Positions 40,600 through 51,700 of a DNA stretch of 64,000 nucleotides are shown piece by piece. The DNA lies in the NCBI GenBank assembly GCA_965223325.1, contig CBDCWI010000001.1, positions 512,001 through 576,000 of the forward strand. Reading direction: 5' to 3'. The DNA comes from Candidatus Multivoradales bacterium (GTDB lineage: Bacteria; Acidobacteriota; Thermoanaerobaculia; Multivoradales; Multivoraceae). Made by a program: the position numbers and the translations under genes. Position 1 is the first letter of the stretch, and each line of letters starts with the position of its first letter. The notes below the pieces were generated by a model. It was not told the origin of the DNA. It worked only from the letters and a program-made list of their open reading frames with translations, and did not search any database.

Positions 40600-42222
40600 A
40601 TGGAAGCCCACGCTGCACCCCCCAAGAGCGGTGCACAGGCAAGGTCAGCCTTTCGACAAGCGGACATTCTCGAGATCGTGCGCCAGCCACGCCAGCCGGT
40701 CAACATCGTCCTCGACCCAGGCACAGGGGCGCGTGGCGTAGCCCTCGCCGAGGCCTACGGAGAGCCAAGGACCAATGGACATCCCGGTCCCGAGGTGCTC
40801 ACAACCCTCCCGGCGCTCTTCCCGGAGTGGCTCGGCGACCGTTCGTTCACCGACACCCACGGCGTTCGCTACGCCTACGCGTCGGGCGCGATGGCCAATG
40901 GCATCGCCTCGGCACGGCTGGTGATCGAGATGACTCGCGCTGGTTTCCTGTCTTTCTTCGGCGCCGCGGGCCTGACGCCCACGCGTGTGAACCAGGCCTT
41001 GGATGAAATCGAGGCCGCGGTCGGGACCGCCGCCGACGGCGCGATCTGGGGCGCCAACCTGATCCACTCTCCCAACGAACCGGCCATCGAAGCCTCTGTC
41101 GCCGAGCTCTATGTCCGGCGCGGCGTACGGCGCGTCTCGGCGGCAGCGTACATGGGTCTAACGCCGCACATCGTGCGCTATGCCGCCACCGGTCTCGAGC
41201 GTGTCGCCGACGGCCGCATCGTCCGTCGCAACCATGTCTTTGCAAAGGTATCGCGCCCCGAAGTGGCACGGCACTTCATGCAGCCGCCACCCGCCGACCT
41301 TCTCGACGGGTTGGTCGCCGACGGCAAACTGACCCAGAACGAGGCTCTGCTGGCGCGCGAGCTGCCGGTCGCCGAAGACTTCACCGTCGAGTCAGACTCC
41401 GGCGGTCACACCGACAACCGTCCCCTCGGCGCTCTCTTGCCCACCATCCTGGCGCTGGCTTCTGAGATCAGCGAAGAGCGTTCGTACCATCGTCCGTTGC
41501 GCGTCGGCGCGGCCGGTGGGCTCGGAACACCGGGTGCGGTCGCCGCGGCGTTCGCGCTCGGGGCGTCCTATGTCCTGACCGGCTCGGTCAACCAGGGCTG
41601 CATCGAATCGGGCCTCGACGCGCTTGGCAAGACCATGCTGGCCGACGCCGGCATCGCCGACGTGGTAATGGCGCCGGCCGCCGACATGTTCGAGCTCGGG
41701 GTCGAAGTCCAGGTTCTAAAGCGCGGCACGATGTTCGGCGTGCGAGCCAAGAAGCTCTACGAGCTCTACCGCGAGTACGATGCCCTCGAGGCCCTTCCCG
41801 ACGACGAACGCCAGCGCCTCGAGCGCGAGGTGCTGCAGAAGACCGTCGAGCAGTCCTGGGCCGACACGCGCGAGTTCTGGCTCCAGCGCGACCCGGGTGA
41901 AGTCGAGCGTGCCGAGCGTGACCCGCGTCACAAGATGGCCCTGGTGTTTCGCTCTTACCTCGGCCTCGCCAGCCGCTGGGCGATCGACGGCCAGAGTGAC
42001 CGCCGTCTCGACTACCAGATCTGGTGCGGGCCCGCGATGGGCGCCTTCAACACCTGGGTGCGCGGCAGTTTCCTCGAGGACCCAGCCGAACGTCGCGTCG
42101 TGCAAGTGGCGCGCAACCTCATGGAGGGCGCAGCGGTGATCACACGCGCGCAGCAGCTGCGCAGCTTCGGCGTTCCCGTCCCGCCCGCCGCCTTCTCTTT
42201 CCGCCCTCGCCTTCTCACCTGA
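40600..42222 (+). CDS. pfaD: PUFA synthase enoyl reductase (PfaD/Pfa1)
   Basis: GAMANGIAS, WGANLIHSP, AKVSRPEVA, ESDSGGHTDNRP and DYQIWCGPAMGAFN. Confidence 0.95.
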   Translation: MEAHAAPPKSGAQARSAFRQADILEIVRQPRQPVNIVLDPGTGARGVALAEAYGEPRTNGHPGPEVLTTLPALFPEWLGDRSFTDTHGVRYAYASGAMANGIASARLVIEMTRAGFLSFFGAAGLTPTRVNQALDEIEAAVGTAADGAIWGANLIHSPNEPAIEASVAELYVRRGVRRVSAAAYMGLTPHIVRYAATGLERVADGRIVRRNHVFAKVSRPEVARHFMQPPPADLLDGLVADGKLTQNEALLARELPVAEDFTVESDSGGHTDNRPLGALLPTILALASEISEERSYHRPLRVGAAGGLGTPGAVAAAFALGASYVLTGSVNQGCIESGLDALGKTMLADAGIADVVMAPAADMFELGVEVQVLKRGTMFGVRAKKLYELYREYDALEALPDDERQRLEREVLQKTVEQSWADTREFWLQRDPGEVERAERDPRHKMALVFRSYLGLASRWAIDGQSDRRLDYQIWCGPAMGAFNTWVRGSFLEDPAERRVVQVARNLMEGAAVITRAQQLRSFGVPVPPAAFSFRPRLLT

Positions 42223-42243
42223 ACGCTTTTCCGAGACCAGCCG

Positions 42244-45200
42244 ATGAAGATCTCTCCCGCCGACCGCTCCCCGATCGCCATTACCGGAATCAGCGCCCTT
42301 TTCCCCGGGTCGCTCGACGCCACCGGTTTCTGGCGCGACATTCTCGCCGGAGAAGACCGCATCACCGAAGTGCCAACGTCGCACTGGTTGATCGAGGACT
42401 ACTACGATCCCGACCCGACGGTCCCCGACAAGACCTACGGCAAGCGCGGCGGGTTTCTCAGAGACGTGCCATTCGACTCGATGGCCTGGGGGATTCCCCC
42501 CAACATCGTGCCCGAGACCGACACCTCGCAGCTCCTTGCCTTGATCGTCGCGCAGGCAGTTCTCGACGACGCGACGAAGGCGGGGAACGGGGTCGATCGG
42601 GATCGCACATCGGTCATTCTGGGAGTGACCTCGGGCCAGGAGCTCCTCGGTTCGATGGTCAGCCGGCTGCAGCGGCCGGTATGGATCAAAGCGCTGCGTG
42701 AGTCTGGCGTACCCGAGACTGAGGCGATCGCGATCTGCGAGCGCATTGCTTCGCACTACACCGACTGGAACGAGAGCACCTTCCCGGGCCTACTCGGCAA
42801 CGTCGTCGCCGGTCGCATCGCCAACCGCCTCGATCTCGGTGGCACCAACTGCGTGACCGATGCGGCCTGCGCCTCGACCTTCTCGGCCCTGTCGATGGCG
42901 GTCTCTGAACTGCAACTCGGCGACTCGGATGCGGTGATCGCCGGCGGCGTCGATGCGATGAACGACATCTTCATGTTCATGTGCTTCAGCAAGACACCGG
43001 CACTCTCGCCAACCGGCGACTGCCGGCCGTTTTCTGACCAGGCCGACGGCACGATGCTCGGGGAAGGGCTCGGCATGGTGCTGCTCAAGCGCCTCGAAGA
43101 CGCCGAACGCGATGGCGACCGGATCTACGCCGTCATCAACAGCGTCGGCGCGTCGTCTGACGGCCGGTCGAAGAGTGTCTACGCGCCGGTTTCGGCCGGC
43201 CAGGCCAAAGCACTCGAGCGCGCCTACGAGCTCGCCGGCTACGGCCCCGACACGGTCGAACTGCTCGAAGCGCACGGCACCGGCACGATCGCTGGCGACG
43301 CCGCCGAGTTCAACGGCCTCTGCCTGGCGTTCGACCGCCAGCGCTCCGACCGCCAATGGTGCGCCCTCGGTTCAGTGAAGTCACAGATCGGTCATACCAA
43401 GTCGGCCGCCGGGGCCGCGGGTCTGCTCAAGGCGGTCTTGGCGGTGCACCACAAGGTGCTTCCGCCGACCATCAAGATCGACAAACCCAATCCGGCCCTC
43501 GACATCGAGACATCGCCCTTCCACTTCGCACTGCGCTCGCGCCCCTGGGTTCGAGGCAGAGATCACGAGCGGCGCGCTTCGGTGAGTTCCTTCGGCTTCG
43601 GCGGGTCGAACTTTCATGTCACCGTCTCGGAGTATCAGGAGAAAGAAGACAGCCCGGCGACCGCGGCCCCGAGGCTGCGAGCCGAGGGTGCCGAGCTGCT
43701 CTTGTTCTCGGCCGCTGAAGCTGCCGGCGTTGAAGCCCAGCTGAACGAAGCGCTCCAGATGGCCGACGAACCTGGTGCGCTCGCCTTTCTCGCCCACCGC
43801 GGCCAAGACCGATTCGACGCCCAGGCGCGCTGTCGCCTGGCGATGGTCACCAACGAAGAAGACCTCGCCGAGCGCCTGGGCGAAGCCAGCGGGCACCTCA
43901 CGCGCGCCCCTCACGAGTCGTTCGAAACCCCCTCGGGAACGCTCTACCGCGACGTGCCCGACGCCGGGTCCAGAGACGACGGCAAGACCGCGTTTCTGTT
44001 CTCCGGCCAGGGCAGCCAGTACATCGACATGGGCGGCGAGCTGGCGATGCACTTCGACAGTGCGCGCGAACCGTGGGATCTCGCCGCAGACTTCGACTGG
44101 ACGAGCTCGGGTGAGGAGAATCATCGCCTCCATCAGGTGGTGTTCCCACCCAACGCCTTCTCTGACCAGGCGCGGGCCGAGCACAGCGGGCGTTTGTCGG
44201 CGACCGAATGGGCGCAGCCCGCGATCGGATGCGTGAGCCTCTCGATGCTTTCACTCCTCGGCGACCTCGGCCTGGCTGCCGATGCATTCGCCGGCCACAG
44301 CTTCGGCGAGGTCACCGCTCTGTGTGCGGCGGGCGCCATCTCGCCGGAGGATTTCTTGGAGGTCGCACGGCGTCGGGGCGAGTTGATGCGCGACGCCGCC
44401 AGTGCACCCGGCGCCATGACCGCCGTCGCGGCGACCCTCGACCAGGTCCAAAGCGTGCTCGGCGAGGGGCCCAGCGAAGTCGTGGTGGCCAACCACAACC
44501 ATCCCGAGCAGGTCGTGCTCTCAGGGCCGACCCCGGCAGTCGAAGCGATCGAAAAGCGCTTCGACAAAGAAGGCATCACGGCGCGCCGCTTGCCGGTGGC
44601 CACTGCCTTCCACTCACCGATCGTCGCGCCGGCGAGTCTTGCGTTCGGCGAGTTCCTGGCGGGAGTCGACTTCGAAGCTCCAGTTCTACCGGTCTACTCC
44701 AACACCACCGCCACTCACCACCCCACCGCGCCGGCGACGCTCCGGGAACGAATCGCCGAACAGCTCGCACACCCGGTGCGCTACGTCGACATGATCGAAG
44801 CGATGTATGCCGACGGCGTGCGCACCTTCGTCGAGGTGGGTCCCGGATCGATCCAGACCAGCCTGGTGAGAAGGATCCTAGGCGACCGGCCACACCGAGC
44901 GGTCAGCCTCGATCGCAAGGGGCAACACGGCCTGGTGCCGTTTCTGCGTGGCATCGCGACCCTGGCAGTCGACGGCCACGCGATGTCCTACGAAGCACTC
45001 TGGAAGGGCTATGACGCCCCGAGCGATCCGCGCGAGCGCCCGGTGCCGAAACTCTCGATTGCGATCAACGGCGCCAACTACGGCAAGCCCTACCCACCGC
45101 TCGAAGGAGCGAGCGTTCTGCCGGGACCCAACCCGGCACGCGAGCCGGTTGCTGCGGCCGCCCCAGCACCGGCGAAGCCGGCGGCACCTGCGCGCCCCCC

Positions 45201-48200
45201 CGCTCCGCCGGTCGCGACCGAGCCCGCAGCGCCCGGACCGCAAATGGCGGCCGCCGTGCAGGAGACGCAGCGCCAAACCGCCGAGGCCCATTCGCGGTAT
45301 CTCGAAATGATGGCCGAGAGCCACACAGCGTTTCTCGACGCCATGGAGCGCGGCATGCGCGTCGCAACCGGCGATACTTCCGGAGCGACCCTATCGACGG
45401 AGCCAGTGGCTGACCCGGTAGAACCGCTGCAACCACCTTCCTCGGCAGTTCCCGCGGCCTCACCTGCTCCACCGGTCGCGCCACCACCGGAAAGACCGGC
45501 CAGCTCGCCGCCGCAACCAGCAGCTGTCGATCTTCGCGCCGTGATGCGCCAGGTGGTCTCCGAAAAGACCGGTTACCCCAGCGAAATGCTCGACGAGAGC
45601 ATGGAGCTCGAGGGCGATCTCGGAATCGACTCGATCAAGCGTGTCGAAATCCTCTCGGAAATGACCGATCGTGCTCCCGGCCTACCCGAGCTCGACACCG
45701 CTGAGCTGGCCGAGCTGCAGACTCTCGCTCAGGTGGTCGCCTACCTCCAGGAAAGGCTACCGAGAGCAACAACAACCGCGGCGGCGCCACCGGCCCCCGA
45801 AGCCGTTTTTCCGGCAATCGACCTGCACCAGATGATGCTGCAGGTGGTTTCGGAAAAGACCGGTTACCCCGCCGAGATGCTCGACGACGCCATGGAGCTC
45901 GAAGGCGATCTCGGAATCGACTCGATCAAACGCGTTGAGATTCTCTCCGAGTTGACCGACCGCGCCCCCGGCCTGCCGGAGCTCGATACCGCTGAGCTCG
46001 CCGAACTGCAGACGCTCGGCCAGGTGGTCGCCTACCTCCAGGAAAGGCTACCGAGAGCAACAACAACCGCGGCGACGGCACCGGCCCCCGAAGCCGTTTT
46101 TCCGGCAATCGATCTGCACCAGATGATGCTGCAAGTGGTTTCGGAGAAGACCGGTTACCCCGCCGAGATGCTCGACGACGCCATGGAGCTCGAAGGCGAT
46201 CTCGGAATCGACTCGATCAAACGCGTCGAGATTCTCTCCGAGATGACCGACCGCGCCCCCGGCCTGCCTGAGCTCGATACCGCTGAGCTCGCCGAACTGC
46301 AGACCCTCGGCCAGGTCGTCGCCTATCTCGAAGCCAGGCTCCCCGGTCAAACCTCTGCGGGTACCGGAGAGCCGATGACGACTGCCGGACCCGAGACCCG
46401 CGACACGACCACTCCTGGCAGTCCGGCCTTTGGCCGCTTCGTTCTCACTCCGGTCGAGCGACCGGCGCCGGGACTGGCGGTCCGCGGCTTGTTCGGGCAG
46501 GGCCCGCTCTATGTCACCGAGGACCGGGCGTTCTCAGAGGGCGAAGGAGTCCAGGAGGCCCTGGTCAACCGGCTCCGCGCCGAGGGCATCGACGCCCGCG
46601 CCGGCAACGTCCCAGCGACCAACGGCAGCACCCCGCCGCTCGGCGTGATCGTGCTCTCAGGTCTCCGCGCAGTCGACGACGCGCAGGATGCAACGGCCGT
46701 CAATCGCGAGGCGTTCGCGCACGCCCAGGCCGCCGCTCCTTACCTCGTCGAGGCTTCCGAAGGTGTCTTCGTCACGGTGCAGAACACCGGCGGAGCCTTC
46801 GCCCACGACAAAGGCCGCGGACAGTCGGCGATGGATCCGGATCGTGCCTGGCTCGCGGGATGTGCCGCCCTCGCCCGAACGGTGGCCGCCGAGTGGCCGA
46901 GAATCGGAACCAAGGCGATCGACATCGAAGGCCACGGTCGCACGGCTCGAGAGATCGCCGATGCGATTGCTTTCGAGCTCCTCGCCGGTGGTGCCGAGCT
47001 CGATGTCGGCCTGCTCGCCGACGGGCGACGGATCCTGCTCGCTGATCCCCAGTGCGCACCGCGTCCCGAGAGGCCAGCTCTCGAAGACGGCGATGTTGTC
47101 GTCGCCGCGGGCGGTGGGCGCGGCGTCACGGCCGCGACGCTGATCGCCCTCGCCGGCACCGCGAAGCTTCGGTTCGTCTTGCTCGGCCGCACCGCAATAA
47201 CCGAAGAACCTGCCTGTTGCCGGGGGGTCCAGGGAGACGCGGAGCTCAAGCGCGCCCTCCTCACCGATGCCTCGGAGCGCGGCGAGAAGCTCAGGCCGGC
47301 CGAGCTCGGGCGAACGGTTTCGAAGATCCTCGCCAACCGCGAGATCGACGCGACTCTTTCAGCCATTCGTGCCGCCGGTTCGGAGGCACGCTACGTCGCC
47401 ACCGATGTCACCGACGCTCGAAAACTCGCCGCCTCCCTCGACGAGGTGCGCTCCTCGTGGGGCGAGATCGCCGGCGTCGTCCATGGGGCGGGAGTTCTCG
47501 CCGACAAGTTGATTGGCGAGAAGACAACCGAGCAGTTCGACCGGGTGTTCGACACCAAAGTCCTGGGTCTTCGGGCCTTGCTCGAAGCAACCGCGAAGGA
47601 CCCGCTGCGGGCGATCTGCCTGTTCAGCTCGGTCGCCGCCCGAACCGGCAACCTCGGTCAAAGTGACTACGCGATGGCCAACGAAGTGCTCAACAAGGTC
47701 GCCCAGGTCGAAGCGCGAAGGAGGGGCGACAGCTGCGTCGTCAAGGCGATGGGCTGGGGTCCCTGGAAGGGGGGCATGGTGTCCGACGAACTGGCGGCGC
47801 ACTTCGAGAGCCAGGGAGTCCCCTTGATTCCGCTCGACGTCGGCGCACAGATGCTCGTCGACGAGCTCGACCATGGTGACGCAGCAACCATCGAGGTCAC
47901 CCTCGGCGGCGATCCCGGTGGGGCGCGCATGAACGCCACCGACGGTTCATACCGAAGCGAAGTGCGCATCGACCACGAGAGTCACGCCTTTCTCTTCGAC
48001 CACAGCATCGACGGGACGCCGGTGGTGCCGATGGTGCTGGCCCTCGAGTGGTTTGCGCGCGCCGCGCGCTCGGCAGCCGGCGACCAGGTGGTCACTGGCC
48101 TGAGCGACTTCGAAGTCGTGCGCGGTATTGCACTACCGGAGCTCGACGCCCGCCCGGCACGTTTCACCATCGACGCAAAGCCAGAAGCAGGAGGAGCCGA

Positions 48201-48780
48201 GCTCGACCTCGAGCTGCGCGCTCCCGACGGCGCACTGCACTATCGGGCGCGGGCGCGGTGTGTGTCTGCCCAGGATCTCGAGCCCTCGAACGGATCAGCA
48301 GCAGAGCTCGACCTCGAGCTCGAACCGTGGGGTGACCGGGTGATCTACGACCATCCGGCGCTCTTCCACGGGCCGCGCTTCCAGGTCATCGAAGGGGTCG
48401 ACGGCCTTTCCGATCGGGGCATCGCGGTGCGCTTGCGCGGAGTCGCCGCCAGCAACTGGACCGGCAAAGGCGAACAGCCGCCGGGCTCCGCCGCCGGTGG
48501 CGGCTGGTTCACCGATCCCGCGGCGCTCGACGGCGGATTGCAAGCGGCGATCCTGTGGTGCGATCACGTCCTCGATGGCCGTGCCCTGCCCACCCGCATC
48601 GACAAAGTCGAGCTCGGTCGCGCGCTGCCCACCGGCAACGGCCTGCGTTGTGAAGTGAGTGGTCGCGAGAGTGCCAACCACCGCGGCATTTCCGATGTTC
48701 GTTTCCTCGACGGCAACGGCCAGCTCCTGTTCGAGCTGCGTGGTCTGCAGACCCACGTGCGCGCACCCTCCGCTTCGTAG
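42244..48780 (+). CDS. pfaA: PUFA synthase PfaA/Pfa2: KS-MAT-(ACP)3-KR-DH
   Basis: KS DAACAS / EAHGTGT / QIGHTK; MAT GHSFG and AFHS; three LGIDSIKRVEIL; KR GGGRGVT and DYAMAN; DH DHSIDGTPVVP. Confidence 0.95.
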   Translation: MKISPADRSPIAITGISALFPGSLDATGFWRDILAGEDRITEVPTSHWLIEDYYDPDPTVPDKTYGKRGGFLRDVPFDSMAWGIPPNIVPETDTSQLLALIVAQAVLDDATKAGNGVDRDRTSVILGVTSGQELLGSMVSRLQRPVWIKALRESGVPETEAIAICERIASHYTDWNESTFPGLLGNVVAGRIANRLDLGGTNCVTDAACASTFSALSMAVSELQLGDSDAVIAGGVDAMNDIFMFMCFSKTPALSPTGDCRPFSDQADGTMLGEGLGMVLLKRLEDAERDGDRIYAVINSVGASSDGRSKSVYAPVSAGQAKALERAYELAGYGPDTVELLEAHGTGTIAGDAAEFNGLCLAFDRQRSDRQWCALGSVKSQIGHTKSAAGAAGLLKAVLAVHHKVLPPTIKIDKPNPALDIETSPFHFALRSRPWVRGRDHERRASVSSFGFGGSNFHVTVSEYQEKEDSPATAAPRLRAEGAELLLFSAAEAAGVEAQLNEALQMADEPGALAFLAHRGQDRFDAQARCRLAMVTNEEDLAERLGEASGHLTRAPHESFETPSGTLYRDVPDAGSRDDGKTAFLFSGQGSQYIDMGGELAMHFDSAREPWDLAADFDWTSSGEENHRLHQVVFPPNAFSDQARAEHSGRLSATEWAQPAIGCVSLSMLSLLGDLGLAADAFAGHSFGEVTALCAAGAISPEDFLEVARRRGELMRDAASAPGAMTAVAATLDQVQSVLGEGPSEVVVANHNHPEQVVLSGPTPAVEAIEKRFDKEGITARRLPVATAFHSPIVAPASLAFGEFLAGVDFEAPVLPVYSNTTATHHPTAPATLRERIAEQLAHPVRYVDMIEAMYADGVRTFVEVGPGSIQTSLVRRILGDRPHRAVSLDRKGQHGLVPFLRGIATLAVDGHAMSYEALWKGYDAPSDPRERPVPKLSIAINGANYGKPYPPLEGASVLPGPNPAREPVAAAAPAPAKPAAPARPPAPPVATEPAAPGPQMAAAVQETQRQTAEAHSRYLEMMAESHTAFLDAMERGMRVATGDTSGATLSTEPVADPVEPLQPPSSAVPAASPAPPVAPPPERPASSPPQPAAVDLRAVMRQVVSEKTGYPSEMLDESMELEGDLGIDSIKRVEILSEMTDRAPGLPELDTAELAELQTLAQVVAYLQERLPRATTTAAAPPAPEAVFPAIDLHQMMLQVVSEKTGYPAEMLDDAMELEGDLGIDSIKRVEILSELTDRAPGLPELDTAELAELQTLGQVVAYLQERLPRATTTAATAPAPEAVFPAIDLHQMMLQVVSEKTGYPAEMLDDAMELEGDLGIDSIKRVEILSEMTDRAPGLPELDTAELAELQTLGQVVAYLEARLPGQTSAGTGEPMTTAGPETRDTTTPGSPAFGRFVLTPVERPAPGLAVRGLFGQGPLYVTEDRAFSEGEGVQEALVNRLRAEGIDARAGNVPATNGSTPPLGVIVLSGLRAVDDAQDATAVNREAFAHAQAAAPYLVEASEGVFVTVQNTGGAFAHDKGRGQSAMDPDRAWLAGCAALARTVAAEWPRIGTKAIDIEGHGRTAREIADAIAFELLAGGAELDVGLLADGRRILLADPQCAPRPERPALEDGDVVVAAGGGRGVTAATLIALAGTAKLRFVLLGRTAITEEPACCRGVQGDAELKRALLTDASERGEKLRPAELGRTVSKILANREIDATLSAIRAAGSEARYVATDVTDARKLAASLDEVRSSWGEIAGVVHGAGVLADKLIGEKTTEQFDRVFDTKVLGLRALLEATAKDPLRAICLFSSVAARTGNLGQSDYAMANEVLNKVAQVEARRRGDSCVVKAMGWGPWKGGMVSDELAAHFESQGVPLIPLDVGAQMLVDELDHGDAATIEVTLGGDPGGARMNATDGSYRSEVRIDHESHAFLFDHSIDGTPVVPMVLALEWFARAARSAAGDQVVTGLSDFEVVRGIALPELDARPARFTIDAKPEAGGAELDLELRAPDGALHYRARARCVSAQDLEPSNGSAAELDLELEPWGDRVIYDHPALFHGPRFQVIEGVDGLSDRGIAVRLRGVAASNWTGKGEQPPGSAAGGGWFTDPAALDGGLQAAILWCDHVLDGRALPTRIDKVELGRALPTGNGLRCEVSGRESANHRGISDVRFLDGNGQLLFELRGLQTHVRAPSAS
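45528..46345 (+). repeat. Three tandem ACP-coding units, 291-bp period
   Basis: Near-identical DNA units (GAAAAGACCGGTTACCCC...CTCGGAATCGACTCGATCAA). Confidence 0.9.
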
Positions 48781-48787
48781 TCAGGAG

Positions 48788-51700
48788 ATGACAACGAAGA
48801 ACAACGGCGCGCCGAACCAGGAGCGCCACGCCGCCGTCGCGCCGATCGCGATCGTAGGGCGTGCCTGCGTGCTCCCGGGAGCACTCAGCCCAGAGGCTCT
48901 CTGGGAGCACATAGCCGCCGGCTCTGACCTTCTCGGGCCGGCACCTCCGGGTCGATGGTCGAAAGAACGCTCCAACCAGAGCTACCTGTCTGACCCCGAT
49001 GAAGACCCGGTCGATCGCACCTGGTCCGACCGTGGCGGCTACGTCGAGGGCTTCGACGAGGTCTTCGACCCTGAAGGTTTCGGCGTCGTCGCAGCCGAGA
49101 TCGAAGGTCTCGACCCGCTCTTTCAGTGGACGCTGCATACGGCGCGTGAAGCGCTTCGCGACGCGGGCCTCGCCCCTGGCGACGATCCCACCCGCCGCGG
49201 TGCGGTTCTCGGCAACCTTTCGTTCCCGAGCGCCAGCCTGGCAGCCTTTGCCGACCGCGTCTGGCGCGGCGAGAGCGCCGCCGAAGAGAGCCCACCGACG
49301 GTCGATCCGCGCAACCGTTTCCACTCCGGCCTGCCGGCTCTCCTCCTCGAAGACGCGCTCGGTCTCGAAGCGGGCGCCTTTGCGCTCGACGCCGCCTGCG
49401 CCAGTTCGCTTTATGCCCTGGCCTTTGCCTGTGACCGCTTGCGCGCGGGCGAAGCCGATGTGATGCTCGCCGGGGCGGTCAACTGCTCCGACGACCTGTT
49501 CATCCACATCGGCTTCTCGGCTCTCGCCGCGCTGAGCCGGAGCGGGCAAAGTCGGCCCTTCCACGCCGAAGCCGACGGCCTGGTGCCGGCCGAAGGTGCC
49601 GCGTTCGTCGCCCTCGAGCGCCTCGAAGATGCGGTCGCCGCCGGTCGCAGAATCCATGGCGTGATCCGGGGCATTGGCCTCGCCAACGATGGGCGCGGCA
49701 AGGGCTTCCTGGTTCCAGCCTCCGAGGGCCAGGTGCGGGCGATGGAGAACGCCTACCGGCAGGCCTCTCTATCGCCGCTCGACATCGACTGGTTCGAGTG
49801 CCACGCCACCGGCACCACCGTTGGCGACGGCACTGAGCTGGCGAGTCTCGAAGCCCTCTCTGCCGTTGCGGAAGAAAAGAGCGAGACCACTAGAAGTCAG
49901 CAGCAGCCCCTCGGGTCGCTCAAGTCGAACCTCGGCCACCTGATCACGACGGCAGGACTCGCGGGGCTCATCAAAGTCCTCGAAGCAATGCGGGCCGGTG
50001 TGATGCCACCTACCCTGCACGCCCTTCACGCCCACCCGGCACTCGACGGCAGTCGCTTCCGGCTGCTCACTGAAAAGGAACCTTGGCCGGCTGGCGAAGG
50101 GCCCCGCCGCGCTGCGGTGTCGGCTTTCGGCTTTGGCGGCAACAACGCTCATCTGGTGGTCGAAGAGTGGCGACCCGAAGCTCTCCCTACCGGTCAGCTG
50201 CCAGCGCAGGCGATCGAACCGCGCCACGAGGACCTGGCGATCGTTGGCATCGATGTCGTCACCGCAGCCAGCAGTGCCAGGGCTGAAACAGCTTTTCCAG
50301 ACGTCCTCTTTGGCGATAGCCCCGGCAGCGTGGACCGCCAGATGCGCGACTTCCTGATCGATGTCAGGGCGGCCGCCATTCCTCCCCATGATCTCTCAGA
50401 GACTCTCGCCCAGCAGCTCCTCATGCAGGAGTGCGGCAGTCGCGCTGCCCGGGCGGTGTCATTCGACCGCGAACGCACCGGCGTTTTCATTGGCATGGGC
50501 GTCGACGCCGACATCGCTCGTTACGGCGCGCGTTGGCGTGCGACAGAGTCTGGCGACGACCAAGAAGCCGAAGCGGCGCGCTCACAGATCGCCCCGCGCC
50601 TGCGATCGGCCGGCGTGCTCGGCACGATGCCCAATGTCGTCGCCAATCGCCTGAATCGGCGTCTCGACATCGGCGGTGCGAGCTGCACCGTTTCGGCCGA
50701 GGAGCTTTCTGGTTTGCGCGCCCTCGAGCTGGCCTGTGCGGCGCTTCGGCGTGGCGACCTGGATGCGGCGCTGGTCGGAGCGATCGACATGTCTTCGGAA
50801 GCAGTGCACCGCACCGCCGCCAGGAGCGCCCTCGATCCCCCCCGTCGCCGCGCCGCAGATGCAGCGGTGTCGTTGGTGATCAAACGCCTGGCCGATGCGC
50901 GCCGCGACGGAGACCATGTCCACGCCGTGCTCTCCGAGTACTCAGGCAACGCAGCACCGCGCGAGCCGCGAGGCGAAGACCCAGAGGCGCTGGTCTTCGG
51001 TCTCGATGAAGGCTGTGCGCTCACTCCCCGTTTCGGACACTCGCATGCCGCCTCCGGATTGCTGCATTTGGCGGCGGCCGCTCTGGCCATCGAGCACGGG
51101 CGCCGCCCCGGCGAAGACCCGCGCGAACCGTGGCCGACCTGGCGCGGCGCGCGGCGCGCGCGGGTTGTGGTCCAAGCGATGCCGACAGCGAGTGCGCCAG
51201 GAAAACGCCGTTCCACAATGACCTGGGAGCTCGCCGCGCCCGGCGGTGCCAAGACCGCGGCAGGGACACAGCGGCCAGGAACCGCACAGCTGCTTTACGT
51301 CTACGATGGCGCGGACCGCGCCCAAGTCCTCTCTGGCCTCAAGGCCCATCGATCGTGCACTGCCGAGGAAGCACCAGCAGCGGCGGCAGGCGCCCGCCTG
51401 GTCATCGCGGCCGAAGATCGCGCCACCTTCGAGCGCCGACATGCTCGCGCTCTCCGCCATCTCGAGTCGGGAGCGCCGGCAGGTACAGGGGTTCATTTCC
51501 GCGACAGTAGAGTGACCGGCGACCTCGGCTTTGTCTTCGCCTCGGCAGGCACGGCGTACCGGGGCATGGGGGGCGACCTGCTGGCTGCCCTGCCGGGGCT
51601 CGCCGAAGAGAGCCGCGAACGATTCGGCGACCTGGACCGAAGCCTACGTTGGGCGCGCCGCCAGGAGGGCGAAGAGAGTAACGACAACGCCGAGCGTCTG

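Noticed and set aside
45528-46345. Regular repeats as a CRISPR array
   Set aside because: They are in-frame 291-bp ACP-coding units without unique spacers, and no cas genes are present.
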